Positions 10,501 through 22,500 of a stretch of 43,440 nt of DNA are shown in pieces; position 1 is the stretch's first letter; every line of letters starts with the position of its first letter. Source of the stretch: Phoronis australis (taxonomy: Eukaryota; Animalia; Phoronida); contig NMRA01000520.1 of assembly GCA_002633005.1 (NCBI GenBank), positions 85,029 through 128,468 on the forward strand. The letters are read 5' to 3'. The notes below the pieces were generated by a model. It was not told the origin of the DNA. It did not search any database and worked only from the letters and a program-made list of their open reading frames with translations. The translations under genes were made by a program, and so were the position numbers.

Positions 10501-13500
10501 GTGATCTTCATATCAGCTTTCTGGCCGTACGCTATGCTGTTTATTACGATGCCAAGTCGTGTAGCATCCGGCTCAACATCTTTGATAAGTGGTGCTGTAT
10601 TCTCCTTGCCATCTGTCAGAAGTATGATTTGACTGCCAGCAACATCTTCTTCTTCTTTTGAAGCCGCTTTAAAAATCTGGACAAATACAACACCGAGATA
10701 ACACCGAAACAATCTTAAGCTCATTCAAATTCGTCGTACATGAAACATTCAAAACGAAATCACGCGAGTGTAGGAGATTCTGGTTTACAAATGCACGCTT
10801 TCGAGAATTTTTTAAACTAAGCAAACGGAAATAAAGGGTTTCACCAAAAGTTTTAAGCACGTGAAGCCTTCAATTCTGTTGATCTTGGCTTCTAAAAGCA
10901 CCAATTTGTGTTTTTAAGTTTCACAGATTCGATAATTCCGAACTACATGTACGTGAATTTTGACTTACTCCGTTTAGATTCTTTAAGCTTATGTTTTTGT
11001 TCACTGTGCTCAGCACTCGCACTTTTACATTAAAAATCCATTATGCGTAATTGCATCTGCGTGTAGATTCGTGCTTGAGAATGCTTGCACTTAGTACTAC
11101 ATGTTCATCGATTCATGAATTATTTTAATAAGTCGCGTTTCACAAACAAACTCTGAACTTTTGTCGACATTTGTTTTCGGCCAAAACAGAAACGTGACCT
11201 TTAAAATTAGCTCGTAAGTACAGAAAGACGCATTGATCCGACGTTTCGGTTTATTCACTATAAACCATTCTGAAGCCAAAAGTTCACATAAATCAATCAG
11301 GCAACACAGGTTGAGAACAGACTGTAGAGATACACGTCAAAATGCATTGTGAGGGGAGAGACCAGGGCCCGGTCTCCAATCTCCGTACTCAAATTCGAAT
11401 CATACTCAAACTCAAACTTCATACTCAACTCGAGTACAGACTCAACTTTGGTGTATTCAATATCATGCTCGAAAAATCTGTTCACGAAATTTCGAGCAAG
11501 TACTCAATTTTCGGGTATACTCGAACCGAAGTGTATCTCATCTACATTACGAGTAAGATTTGGGGTAAAATTCCGAGTATATGCTCCAAATTTCAAGTTT
11601 GGTCTGGCGGTGTGCTTGAAATCGTACTCGAAAATATATACGAGCGAGAGAAAAAAAATATCGAAAGGCCACCGACAGACAGAGCAAATCTAAAACATTA
11701 AGTCCTCTTGCAATATTTCAGCGCTTCAATTTCAGTTCAGGAATAATAATTTTCATTTTAAATCTCCTTATTCTTCACCTTATTAACCCGCCGTAACACT
11801 GCATGTCATCGCCGCCAATTCATAAACTCCGATTCCTGGCAACAGGCGCATTCTCATCCCTTGTCGGCGAGTCAGTACAAGTGTCGAAAGCAGTTGTGGG
11901 AGAAGTCAAGTTAGAAGTTTGTACTGCCCTTATTTCAGTAGGTGTGTCAACGTTTTGTAGGGTTTCCAAAAGACGAGGAGAAAGACGGGGAGGCGCAGAA
12001 AGTTCAGTAAAAACAGTTTGCTTCCCTGTCAGGTACATTTCACGTCATAGTTTAGTCATCTATAATTTCTCAATCCCCGAATGGTATTCCAAATTTTGTT
12101 TGCTGATTTCTAAATAGACGTCTCGTACCGTTCAACGGTGAACTCTGAATGCCTGCATAATATGTATTGTTTTTTAACTCACGCGCCAAACGTTAACTAA
12201 CGTGATACATACCGGTAAAATACAAAGATACAGTATCAATGTTTGGCATAATCCTTGTCTGAGATTTGAACACTACAGTAACCTATAGTGTGACCAGTCG
12301 TCAATGAATGGTTGAGAACAACACTGTCATTGTGTGTCGGATTCTGATGCTAAGAATACTGTAGGTAATTCCAATGTAAAACTGTTCACATTCATTACCG
12401 TTGAGTCTGTACACAACATGATTTTTTTGAGAAGTAGTCAATGGTGTTTTTACTCTACATAATGAGAAAAGTCTATTTACAGGTTTAAAGATTGTTACAA
12501 GTTGCAAACATGGAGGAATAGCTCCAAGCATTCTCTTAACATGCCTGTCGACCAAACTACATGTACTACCGTTACCCAAAAAGGGAAGATTGATTTCCGA
12601 TCTCTCCCCTCACAATGCATTTTGACGTGTACCGGTACAGCCTGTTCTCCACCTGTGTCGCCTGATTGAATATGTGAACTTTTGCCTTGGGAATGGTTTA
12701 TAGTGAATAAACCGAAACGTCGTGTCAATATGTCTTTCTTTACTTACGCGCTATCCTTTGTTCAATGTCATAAGGTTTTGAAAAGGATTTTTTACTAAGT
12801 ATACTAGCTGATTTCAAGTGGTCAAAAGTCACCTCAATAGCTCTTTGTATTCCTGCGCCAATACTGGTTTGCCCGCCAACACCAGAAGGCAGCTTGCTGA
12901 TCAGCATGTCTCGGTCGCTCTGACTTGTCACCTCGACAAGGTCTTGCAACGTTGTCGCTTTCAAACTGAAGCTGACAAGCGCGATTTTTGAGAACGACTC
13001 CAGGGAACCTAGAATGAACGAACTTGTTGCTTGTCGCATTTTCTTCAAAGGTTCTCCCTACAAATGGAAGTAATTCGACGTCATAGCGAGGTGAAACGAA
13101 ATTGAACTCCTAACCATGTTTGAAATGCAATGAAAGCAGACACATGTCAAGGTTTCAACACTTAAACGTTTCTTATCCACGCATGGCATTGGTTTTGGTT
13201 AATTCGATAACAAAGACTTCATAAAATACAAATGTGACGATGTTTAGACAGATTTTGCGCAAATCTAATACAACACGACTCCTCAAACAAATGCTTCCAA
13301 GCCTAGGTGAAGGAACCGTATATTAATCGTGGTGACATGTGTTAAAAATCACAACAAACCCCTTCTGGGCCAGGTGTCGAATCTTTTTACTCCAAATGTT
13401 TCATTTTCCCTCTTGTACTTGCACACTAACTCAAAGTAATTGTCTGTAGCTCTTCATTCGAATATATTAATGGTTTACATGGTAAACTCTGCAATTCTGG

Positions 13501-16500
13501 TTTTCACTTGATGAACCCACCATTAGAGTTCGAGTCTGAACTCAAAAATCTCACGATTTTCTCGAGATCTCGCGTTTCTTCTCGATTCCGTAGCTCAAAT
13601 CAGTTGAAAAATAAACTAGACACGTGTCTGCTTAAACCATGTTATGCTCGAGCTCAGAAAAAAATGTAGAAACTGTCCTGCGATTGTTTAAAAGATATTC
13701 GGGAATGTCAAAAGGTTTTTCGAGTTCGACAGCAAGCAAAGACTCCAGGCCCAGATATCACTTGAAAAATACAAAAACGGCTTCCCCATCGCTCTCATTG
13801 GAATAAATAATGGTAATACTCTACAACTTCAAAAGTTTGTAGCACGTTCAAAACTCCTCACAAAGTTCGCTTAGTAAACCATCAAGCGTGACTACCGTTA
13901 TAGGCGAGATACACGACTGAGGAGAAAGACAACCGCGGTCAAGATCCACAAGATAAACCTTAAGTAGTCCAGTGGCTTAAATAGGTACTGATTTTATCAC
14001 TGAGGCGATACACCACGTGTGCCAGTGAGAGAACGAGGATTGGCTCAAATCACAGTATGGGGTTAAGCATTATTTTAAGCAAAGTATTCCAAATTACTTA
14101 CATTCATCGATCCGGATACATCCAGAACTAGACATATCCTTGTCTTCTCACTCTCCTCCGACTTCTGCACAATATGAAATACCGGAGTGGTGTCCAGAAG
14201 CTCTTGTGGCACGCTTTGATCTAGGTGTTCAGTGTAATTACATGTATTGGAAGTGGTAATCACCATAATCATCGTGTCAAAGATTGGCTCACAAAACTTA
14301 GGTTACACTAGCTGTACACGTTGAAATATAAATTAGAAAGGCGCGTTGAACTATTCATGCAATTCTGCTTAAAAAAATCTGCGAATTCAAATTGCATCAT
14401 TTTTTCAACTGTTTGAAAACGAATATCGAATCGGGAAATAAATCGGGACCCTAAGGTGAGAGACAGAAATCCATTTTCATTACCAACTCAGTTCACAGGC
14501 AATACACCATTTCCTAATTTGCAATAGGGTTATCCAACCCCAATAAACTATTTTTGAATTGTTGAAAGATCTTCTTTTTGGTACCAAAAATGCAATCCTA
14601 TCTCAGTAAAAACTTCATGAGATCGATATATCGAGTGAAAGTCCTAATCCGGTTTGCATTTTAGCCAATAAAACAGTGGCAAATTGCAGCAGCGCTGAAG
14701 TACAGTAGTGCACATTCCACTCTTCAGAACCTGTTCATAAGACAAGGTCCAAGTTCTGTTGTTTTCTCACCTCCCTTGAAATCTTCATGCTTTTTCATCA
14801 CGTCCCAGGCACTCTGACCCTCGCAAAACGTGTTGTGCATATTGGGCACCTCTGAGTTATGAAGCGTGGCAGAGTTCCATCGATTGCTCTCGCAGAAATC
14901 ATCAATCTGATTAAAGAACAATTTCTTGGATGTAAATAAAAACTAAGTACATGGCGATTCTCCCGAAGCAGGTCAAACTAATACTCTTTTCCATTTACAG
15001 AGACAGGAGGTTCAAACTTTGCAGACCGTGCTTTTAGCGTTTCGCCGGGTTTTCCGACGTTCTTTGCATTGAGTTCACTGAAGCACGGGCATAGGTGAAG
15101 AACTGTCTCCAGTGACGGTCTAGTTTAATCGACAGAAAGTATTGTGAGTACGAATTCAGGTTCGTGGGTGCTGGAAAACTGCCTATCAGCATCCAAGAAC
15201 ATCTCGAGACGCCTTTCAAAAGCGAAAATAACGTGCTGCTCTAATGAATACTTCAGTCCTACGCTAATAAAACGAAACGGCGCCGATAAAACCGACGATA
15301 AGCGCTGCTGACCAATTTTACTCAGTGTGTGCGACAGCGTCCTTTTGCAGTAGACCTTTACAGGTTAATGCAAAATTTCGAGTGCCTAGCTCAAGAAGAT
15401 AAAAAAATTTTATCAAATGTTTGGTGTTGCTTCGGGGGAAATCAGCCAGCATGTTTTTACATTTTAGTTACATTTTAATTCAAAGAAACTGAGCACCACA
15501 TACGTCAGTGTGCAAGTTGTTGGAGAAACATTGTGTTCTGGCGTAAGTTTAAATGTTCTTCTGGAAAAGCAATTCAATTTTTACTTTTTAGGGCTAGGAA
15601 TTGGTGTGATAATTGAAATGGATTGTGGGTTACTGGTGCTACAAGAAGTTTGCAACCAACCCATGAAACCAGAGAACGCCCAACTACATTCCCATCCAAA
15701 ATTTCGAGCAAGTGTATCCTGCAATGCTCTAACCGTAAAATGGTCTATTCTTCATAACGTAGCACCCATCCCTCGTACACACTATTTCAAATCAGTCGTC
15801 AGTGTAAACGTAGCGGGGCCAGCACGAGAACAAACCGAGGTGTTCCGTTACTGCAACGTGCGAGATAGTTTGGGATTTATTACCTGCTTTCGCACCAGCG
15901 GTAGTCACGAGCCGAAAACCATCCCATAATCCATTTGAAAAACAACATCAGTGCCGAATATGAAATCTCCTATATTAGGAATGCGTTGCCATAGCAGCGG
16001 TCAACATGAGTTTCCGAGCGTCCAATGTGGAGAATTAGTGACTCCGAAATATTTACTGTTCGTGGGTTGATAACTTGTACAAATCGGTTAATACCGTGTA
16101 ATACATGTAATTATGTTGTAATAATTATTTTTAACAAAAATATCTCATTGCACATTCTGAGCAAGACAGTCTTCCTTGGTGGATTGGCAAATGCTTTAGG
16201 GAATTTCTGAATACTCTTATGACAATGGATGCATTTTATATGACTAAAATTTACAAGCGAACATACCCCATCCGGATATTGGACATACATAATGGACGCC
16301 GACGTTGATGACTGAGTGGTATCAGGAAAGAATCGACAATCGTCCTCTGGCAACCCTGTTGTCTCGTTATGAGCGCACGCTCTGGAGGTTTTCCAGTTAA
16401 AGTGACTGCCTCGTAAGTTTTCTGCACACCTGCAGAAAATACAAATCCGTAAAGCTTGGCACATTACAGGTTTGTGAAAGTGTTATTATCACTGTCGCAT

Positions 16501-19500
16501 GCTCCGGAAGCTGCACTCCCATAGAAGAGCTGCCCAAAGGGTAACTCTTTCATGGCCAGAGTGCCATCTCAGAGATAATTACCTACATAAGGGTCCACTT
16601 TGGGAGTGTAAAACTCTACACGGTGTTCTCTTTCTAACTACGCAAATCTACACATATGGTTTTGATATTATGTATATTTGTAGACCAAAGGTTAAAATCT
16701 TTAAATTTACTTTTCTGAGTTTCCCTATAAATGATTTTAATTTACAGAATTGATGTTACACAAGGGTGGTGCTTAATCAACAAAACCCTAGTACGGAAGT
16801 GTAGTGCTTCATCAATAAATTCCTAGTACGGAATGGTGACAATTTCATGGAACGTTTTTGAAAATGGGCCCAGGTTTAGTAGCTTCCGCTTTCTGAATGA
16901 GAAACCTAATTTCCAGCCTGGATTTGACATGAAAAAATCAATTGATACTTCCAGGTCATTACAATGTACATTAACAGACCTCTGTATACAAACATTTATT
17001 GCACATGTCCGTAGTACTTATCTACATGTACAGGTAGGCTATGAATTTTTATTGAAAGATCGAAACAGCAACGTCAAGTGCATGTTTATAAAGGTACATG
17101 TATGTGTACTGTGCCTTTCACGCTTTGCATCATACATTAGAAAGGCAAAGAACGTAAAAAACAGACTAAATTGCAATCAACTAGAAAACTCTTTTTTAAG
17201 CAGTCTCTCGTGCAAATGTGGAAGCCATTATGAACAAATGCTAACAACCTTTTAGAGAACTGTGCATGAAGCACGCCATGTCAAGTGGAAAAAGACGTCA
17301 ATCCGCCAATTCTGAGATATGATGCCCCATGTACATGTACATGTAGTTAAATTGCACATTTTAAAACCCCACACAACCTTAGGCGTAGTTACATGTAGAA
17401 GGTGAAGACGCCGACCTTGATTTCAACGGCGAGAATTGACGATTTGTAATAAAATCACACAACAACAACGGAATATGTATCGTTTTGCAGTTGGCGCAAA
17501 TAAATGTTTTTATTAGCTCTAGTCTAAACTAATACATTGTAACTTCACAAAATCTTTTCCAATTCCAACTATAATCCGAAAAATGCCTTTTACGGCCGTG
17601 GAACCGAAGGTGCCCCTTTAAAGCGTTAAAGTATGGTGTACCTGGAAGGTAAAACGACGCCATCGCTTTTATAAAAATGTCCATAACCGTCTGTAGGGTA
17701 TTCGTCGAGCAATCCCCAGCGAAGGTGTCCGAATTCATGCACAATAAGTTTACCTGTAATCAATACACTTCGGTTAAAGAATGACGTGGGTGTGTTCCTA
17801 TCTTTCAAGTTTGTCCTAAGAGTACCCCGAATCTTGTAAAAGGTTTTCTAATAATTATTTGCAATTAAATATCAAATAAAAACGGGTAATGTGGAGTGCC
17901 GTGGAATTTCCATAGTTAAACTCAAATATGCGTACCTTTAAAAACTTATTTTCCTTCGTATTACCGGAATGTTAGCCCGGTAGCACTTTTGAAAACAACA
18001 AATCTTGTTCACAACCGGATTAAGGACAACTTTGGAAGTCGTCTCTTCGGGGTGTGATAAAAAGACATAACTTAACCGGACAATACGCCGTTTTAAGACC
18101 GCTTTTGTACATTTCCCATTTGAAATTGTGGTTGCCCCTCCCCCTGAGCAACATTGAACCCGTTTTTACTTAATCTGAAATTGTGCCTGCCACACTGTAG
18201 ATCGGCATGATATAGGAACGAATTTGTTTTGTTGATGTGTATCGCGTAAATCATACTATTACTCATTTGTCTCAAGACAGATCAGCAACAGCTAAAAAAT
18301 GCCCCGTTTCTCATAGATTCCCTTTTGACACTTTTCGTATGACACTCACTGACACTGCTCATTTTGGGAAACTCTACAAAATGATGTCGACTTATTAGGG
18401 GTCCCAAGGTAGACACGCATGCTATGTTGAATAATTAGTACAAATATAGACCAATAGCTAGGTCCTTTTAGCAAATATGCCGGTAACGTACGAAGTATAC
18501 TGTCGCTGACATAGCCACGGAGGGAGAACAGTGGCCCCATGCCAGTTGTGTTCCTAGCAAACAGCCACCGGTTGGAGATGATTTCATAATGCTTCCCTGT
18601 TCATTGCAATGTGTCCCCAAGTTGCTAACTCATTTCAGCCCAAAGCCCCTGCCAACAGCACTTTAATTGAGCTTGGCTAGGCCAGAGTAGTAGGCATTGA
18701 GACTCCTGACACAACGATTTTGAAACCGAAGCTCAGAGTTTCGGGTGATTGTCATCCTTCAGTTGCAGGAAGTAAGTAGCCACCAGAATTGTGGCAAACG
18801 ATGGTGGTTTTGATTCGAGATCGTGACGACGACGACGACGGTGAAGAGCACAATCCAGTGTTTGAGAGGGCGACGATGAAAAGATAGGGATAAAGATTAT
18901 GATGATGATAATGCTGACGATTATGAGGTCCGACGCTGGTGACCACGATGACAATAGTGATAGCGGTTATGACCATGATGTGGGTGATATGGGGCTAATG
19001 ATCACGATATGAAGGCGAGCACATCGATGTGGATCACGATGATCTTAGTTAAGTAATATAGCAATAAATTAAACGTACCGTAGGGCCCCCAGTATCTTAG
19101 GGAACGGGTCTTATCCAAAACGTAGGTTGGAGTCAAGTGCATGAACTCGCCTTCCTCTCCACAGTCACGTGACCGCTTGACGTAGGGGTTGTCAGTAAGT
19201 ACGACTCCCGGCTCACCGCTTCCTTTGTCAATCACGATGTTTGCTAAAATAATTCATTGTGGATTAATGGATAGGAAAATCTTATGACATTGAATCTGAT
19301 TTTAGACTATCAGCCATGTCTCACCGTAATGAAAGCACACAATCGCTCATTCATACTGCATATAGGCGGACTTAATGGAGCAGTATCACCTTTGTACACG
19401 ACCAAAAATCTGCCGTGAGTGAGCCGTTTTCGGGGTTGTCCCGCTTTTGGAGGTGCATCTTAATCATACGACATTATTTAGATTGACCATTTCCAATACT

Positions 19501-22500
19501 CATATTGGCAGAAATACGTAAAATTTCCAGGAAAGCGTTAGTAGTAACGTCGCATTAACTTGGACTATTTTTTGAACTTAAGTAAATGTGCCATTTTGAA
19601 GAACTCGCCACTCTCTTCGTCAACATGCACTCACCCAGGAGGTGGTTGGGGGTCTCGAACGAGCCTCCTCCATTTGGCAAACTAGGAAAAGGTCTACCTC
19701 AGAGAAACAAAAACGCCGGAACTACCAAAATTCGGCGAATGCACAATTTATATCTGTGAAGTAAACTTACTCTGTGAATCTTAGTAAAGGTTAACATTCT
19801 CAAAAATTCTAGCCCCCGCATTTTTTAGGCTGAGTGTGCGCATGATCAGTATTTTTTATGTTTCTACATGTACTTAGACAGGCTGCTGGTCGGCTACAAA
19901 CCTGTGTCAAAACTCTCTTGCTTGGCCTTTTTGTACTCCGGTTTCTTCTGCCACGTTGACGGAACAAGAATAGTGATGTTTCGGAAAAAGATACGGTTCT
20001 TTGTTGCGCGAAAAAGTGTTTTCGAAGATTCAGTGAAAATTTCCTGTAAGAGATGACAAATGTATTGCCGTGTAAATTTTCCTGGCATACAGTAGCGCTA
20101 AATTCCAGTAATCACATATTGTATCTATGAGAGTCACGTCATAGGTTCGATTGAAGATCGAAATTTATTCTGAATCCTGCGTATAAGCCCACTATTTTGA
20201 AAGGAGATCACGTTGGCGTTGTAGCCCTGTATCATTTTAGTAAATTGTGACAGCTTTTGATTGTTCGTTCTTATATCAAATGACAGGTCAACAGTTATTA
20301 CCCATGCCGCCGTTGATCGAGGAGTTAAAATATTTTATAAAGTATTCCGTGCTTTTAGCGGTTACAATGTGTAACTTACTCAAAAACGTCGTGTACTATA
20401 ACACATTTCAAAGGGAAGTTTGAGTTCTAAGTAAATTGGCAAAAACTTCCTCGGCGCTTTTTTAATCAACGTTTCAAAAGATTTTTGCCATTTATTTTCT
20501 GGCGGCGTATTTTTTTTTTCAGCAACACTCTCCGAAGCACTATGTATACACCACGATTAGTTGTTAGTCGCCTTCGAAATGGCGACCGTTCATGTCTACT
20601 CGTGGCGTGTACACGAATGTGGGACATCAATTATTTGGTGTGGGTTTCTCTGCTATAAAAGAGAGGGAACAATTGCGTCATCTCCCGGTTTTTCTTCCAC
20701 TCCGGAGATTCTTGTTCTAAGGAAATTAATGCAATAGCAATTCCGAGGTCTCGATGTATTGCACGCTCATTCTGTAAAATGAAATATTCTGCAGTTTCCT
20801 AACTACATAATCATATGGATATGTAGAACAAGCTTTTGCAACGAATTTCTGGAGCAAATCATAGTTTGGAATACATTCAATGTTCTTAAATTTAAGACAC
20901 TGGGGATAATCTCAGTAGAGTTGACACCAAACTCTCCTCTCCTATTTCCCGTCATATTATTCAAATTACTTAGTTTGCACAGTTCCAAATGTCAATAAAA
21001 TTATTGTCCAATCTTGGAAAATATCTCTAAGTCGTGGTGGTAATGAATCCAGACTTGTTCTCAAGTTCACGAAAATACGTTAACTTTGAACAATCCCTCA
21101 TTCAATATTTACATGATCTAAATAAAAAGTTTGCGAGCTTGAAAATGTGAATAAAGACTTGTGAAAACTGTCGCTTCTCGACGACAGGATGATAATTTGT
21201 TAAGATGATAACCACCCTCACGACCGCTTGCTAATCCTGCGGTTGCTTGAGCGAACCCAGATTTTCAAGTTGATGATGGTTTTTCGAAGTGCACACTAGG
21301 AACCAATAGGGGCATACAATGGATGCCAACAGTGTTAAACGCTATTACGACGTGATTTGGATTGGGAAATAGGACTTGGATGGGCCTAACTCTAAACTTG
21401 GATTTGACAACTAGAAAGCACGCATTCAATGCCGTTTTAATCGGTGTTAGCCGAAACCGCTTGCACACGGCCCCAGCGGAAGGAGAGAAAGATTCATATT
21501 GACCAAGTCCATGGCCTGGGGATCATATTCCAAGACCTTAGTAGTTCAAACTCTATGTAAAACTTATTTTCCCAATTAAATAAATGTTGTGGTCAGTCTC
21601 GCGCATGCATTCTTTCGACAGTATTGAAAGAATTTTCATTTGAGTAGTCAGTCGTATTTTCATGTATCGTTAATTGCAGGGATTTGTGTTTCCATGAAAT
21701 TAGTAATACTATATACACTAGAGAAAACAAATAGAGTTTGAGTCTAATACTGGAATAAAAACTTAAAAAATTAGTGACGTTGCATCCGCATCTCACAGAT
21801 TTCAGATGGGGTGTAAAGGCAGGTCTCCATGAGCGCATTGACAGTCCCTCTTTAAATAAGAGAGGCGGTTTTAAGATTCGATCTGTCACACTTATGGGAT
21901 GGTGTTCCGACGTCAATGCCGCGCCGTCTGGTCAAAACGCCACCAATCGGCCAGAACAACGATAATGTCACAAGCCAAATCCGTAAGATGAGGACGCAAC
22001 GTCGCAATTGTTTTGTAAGTTTTAATTCCAGTATTAGACTCAAACTTTATCTGTTTTCTCAACGGGATGTGTCAAAATTTCCATTCTTTTATATACCATG
22101 TAGGTTTAAAACCCAACGAACACCCAGCTCTGACCTATCTCTGACCCAAATACCTTATTAATACTGGTCATCCATGTACATCAATCTTCTAAATGCAAAA
22201 TGTAAATATAAAACTATGAACTTTAAAAGATAAACAGGTAATAGATTGATAACAACTGACCAAATTACATGCACTTAATTGTAAAGGTCGGAGCTCTTCA
22301 GGGATCATTTACTTAAACATATTTTTTAAGGAAATCAATTTACGGTGGCAATGAGTTCACCTGGATCCCAATTCCTGTTATACTTGCGCAGTTCTCGGTA
22401 ATAAGTACCCTAAACGCGGGGTAAATACAACCATAGAGTTTTCGATGCTCGTGAATAGGCTGCCACACAAGGTATATTGAGAAATGTGCTAAATTCTTAC

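Larger units (their letters stand above)
11208..12753 (-). mobile_element. Penelope-like retroelement remnant (5'-truncated, inverted pseudo-LTRs) in gene A intron 8
   Basis: Inverted repeats 11208-11361 / 12601-12753 enclose a degenerate GIY-YIG endonuclease fragment (VVYRLNGNECEQFYIGITYSILSIRIRH, continuing in another frame as VLNHSLTTGHTI), which matches the PLE pattern VVY-x-C-x-YIG-x-T..R..H..GH. Confidence 0.8.

Noticed and set aside
11297-11701. Three overlapping ORFs as genes
   Set aside because: They arise from a repetitive insertion; no domain recognised.
13860-14075. Possible SINE remnant (also 18340-18730 and 21180-21480)
   Set aside because: Looks repeat-derived, but I could not identify A/B boxes, a second copy or a TSD.
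18733-18976. ORFs with poly-Ile, poly-His, poly-Arg or poly-Ser
   Set aside because: Degenerate GAY trinucleotide tract.
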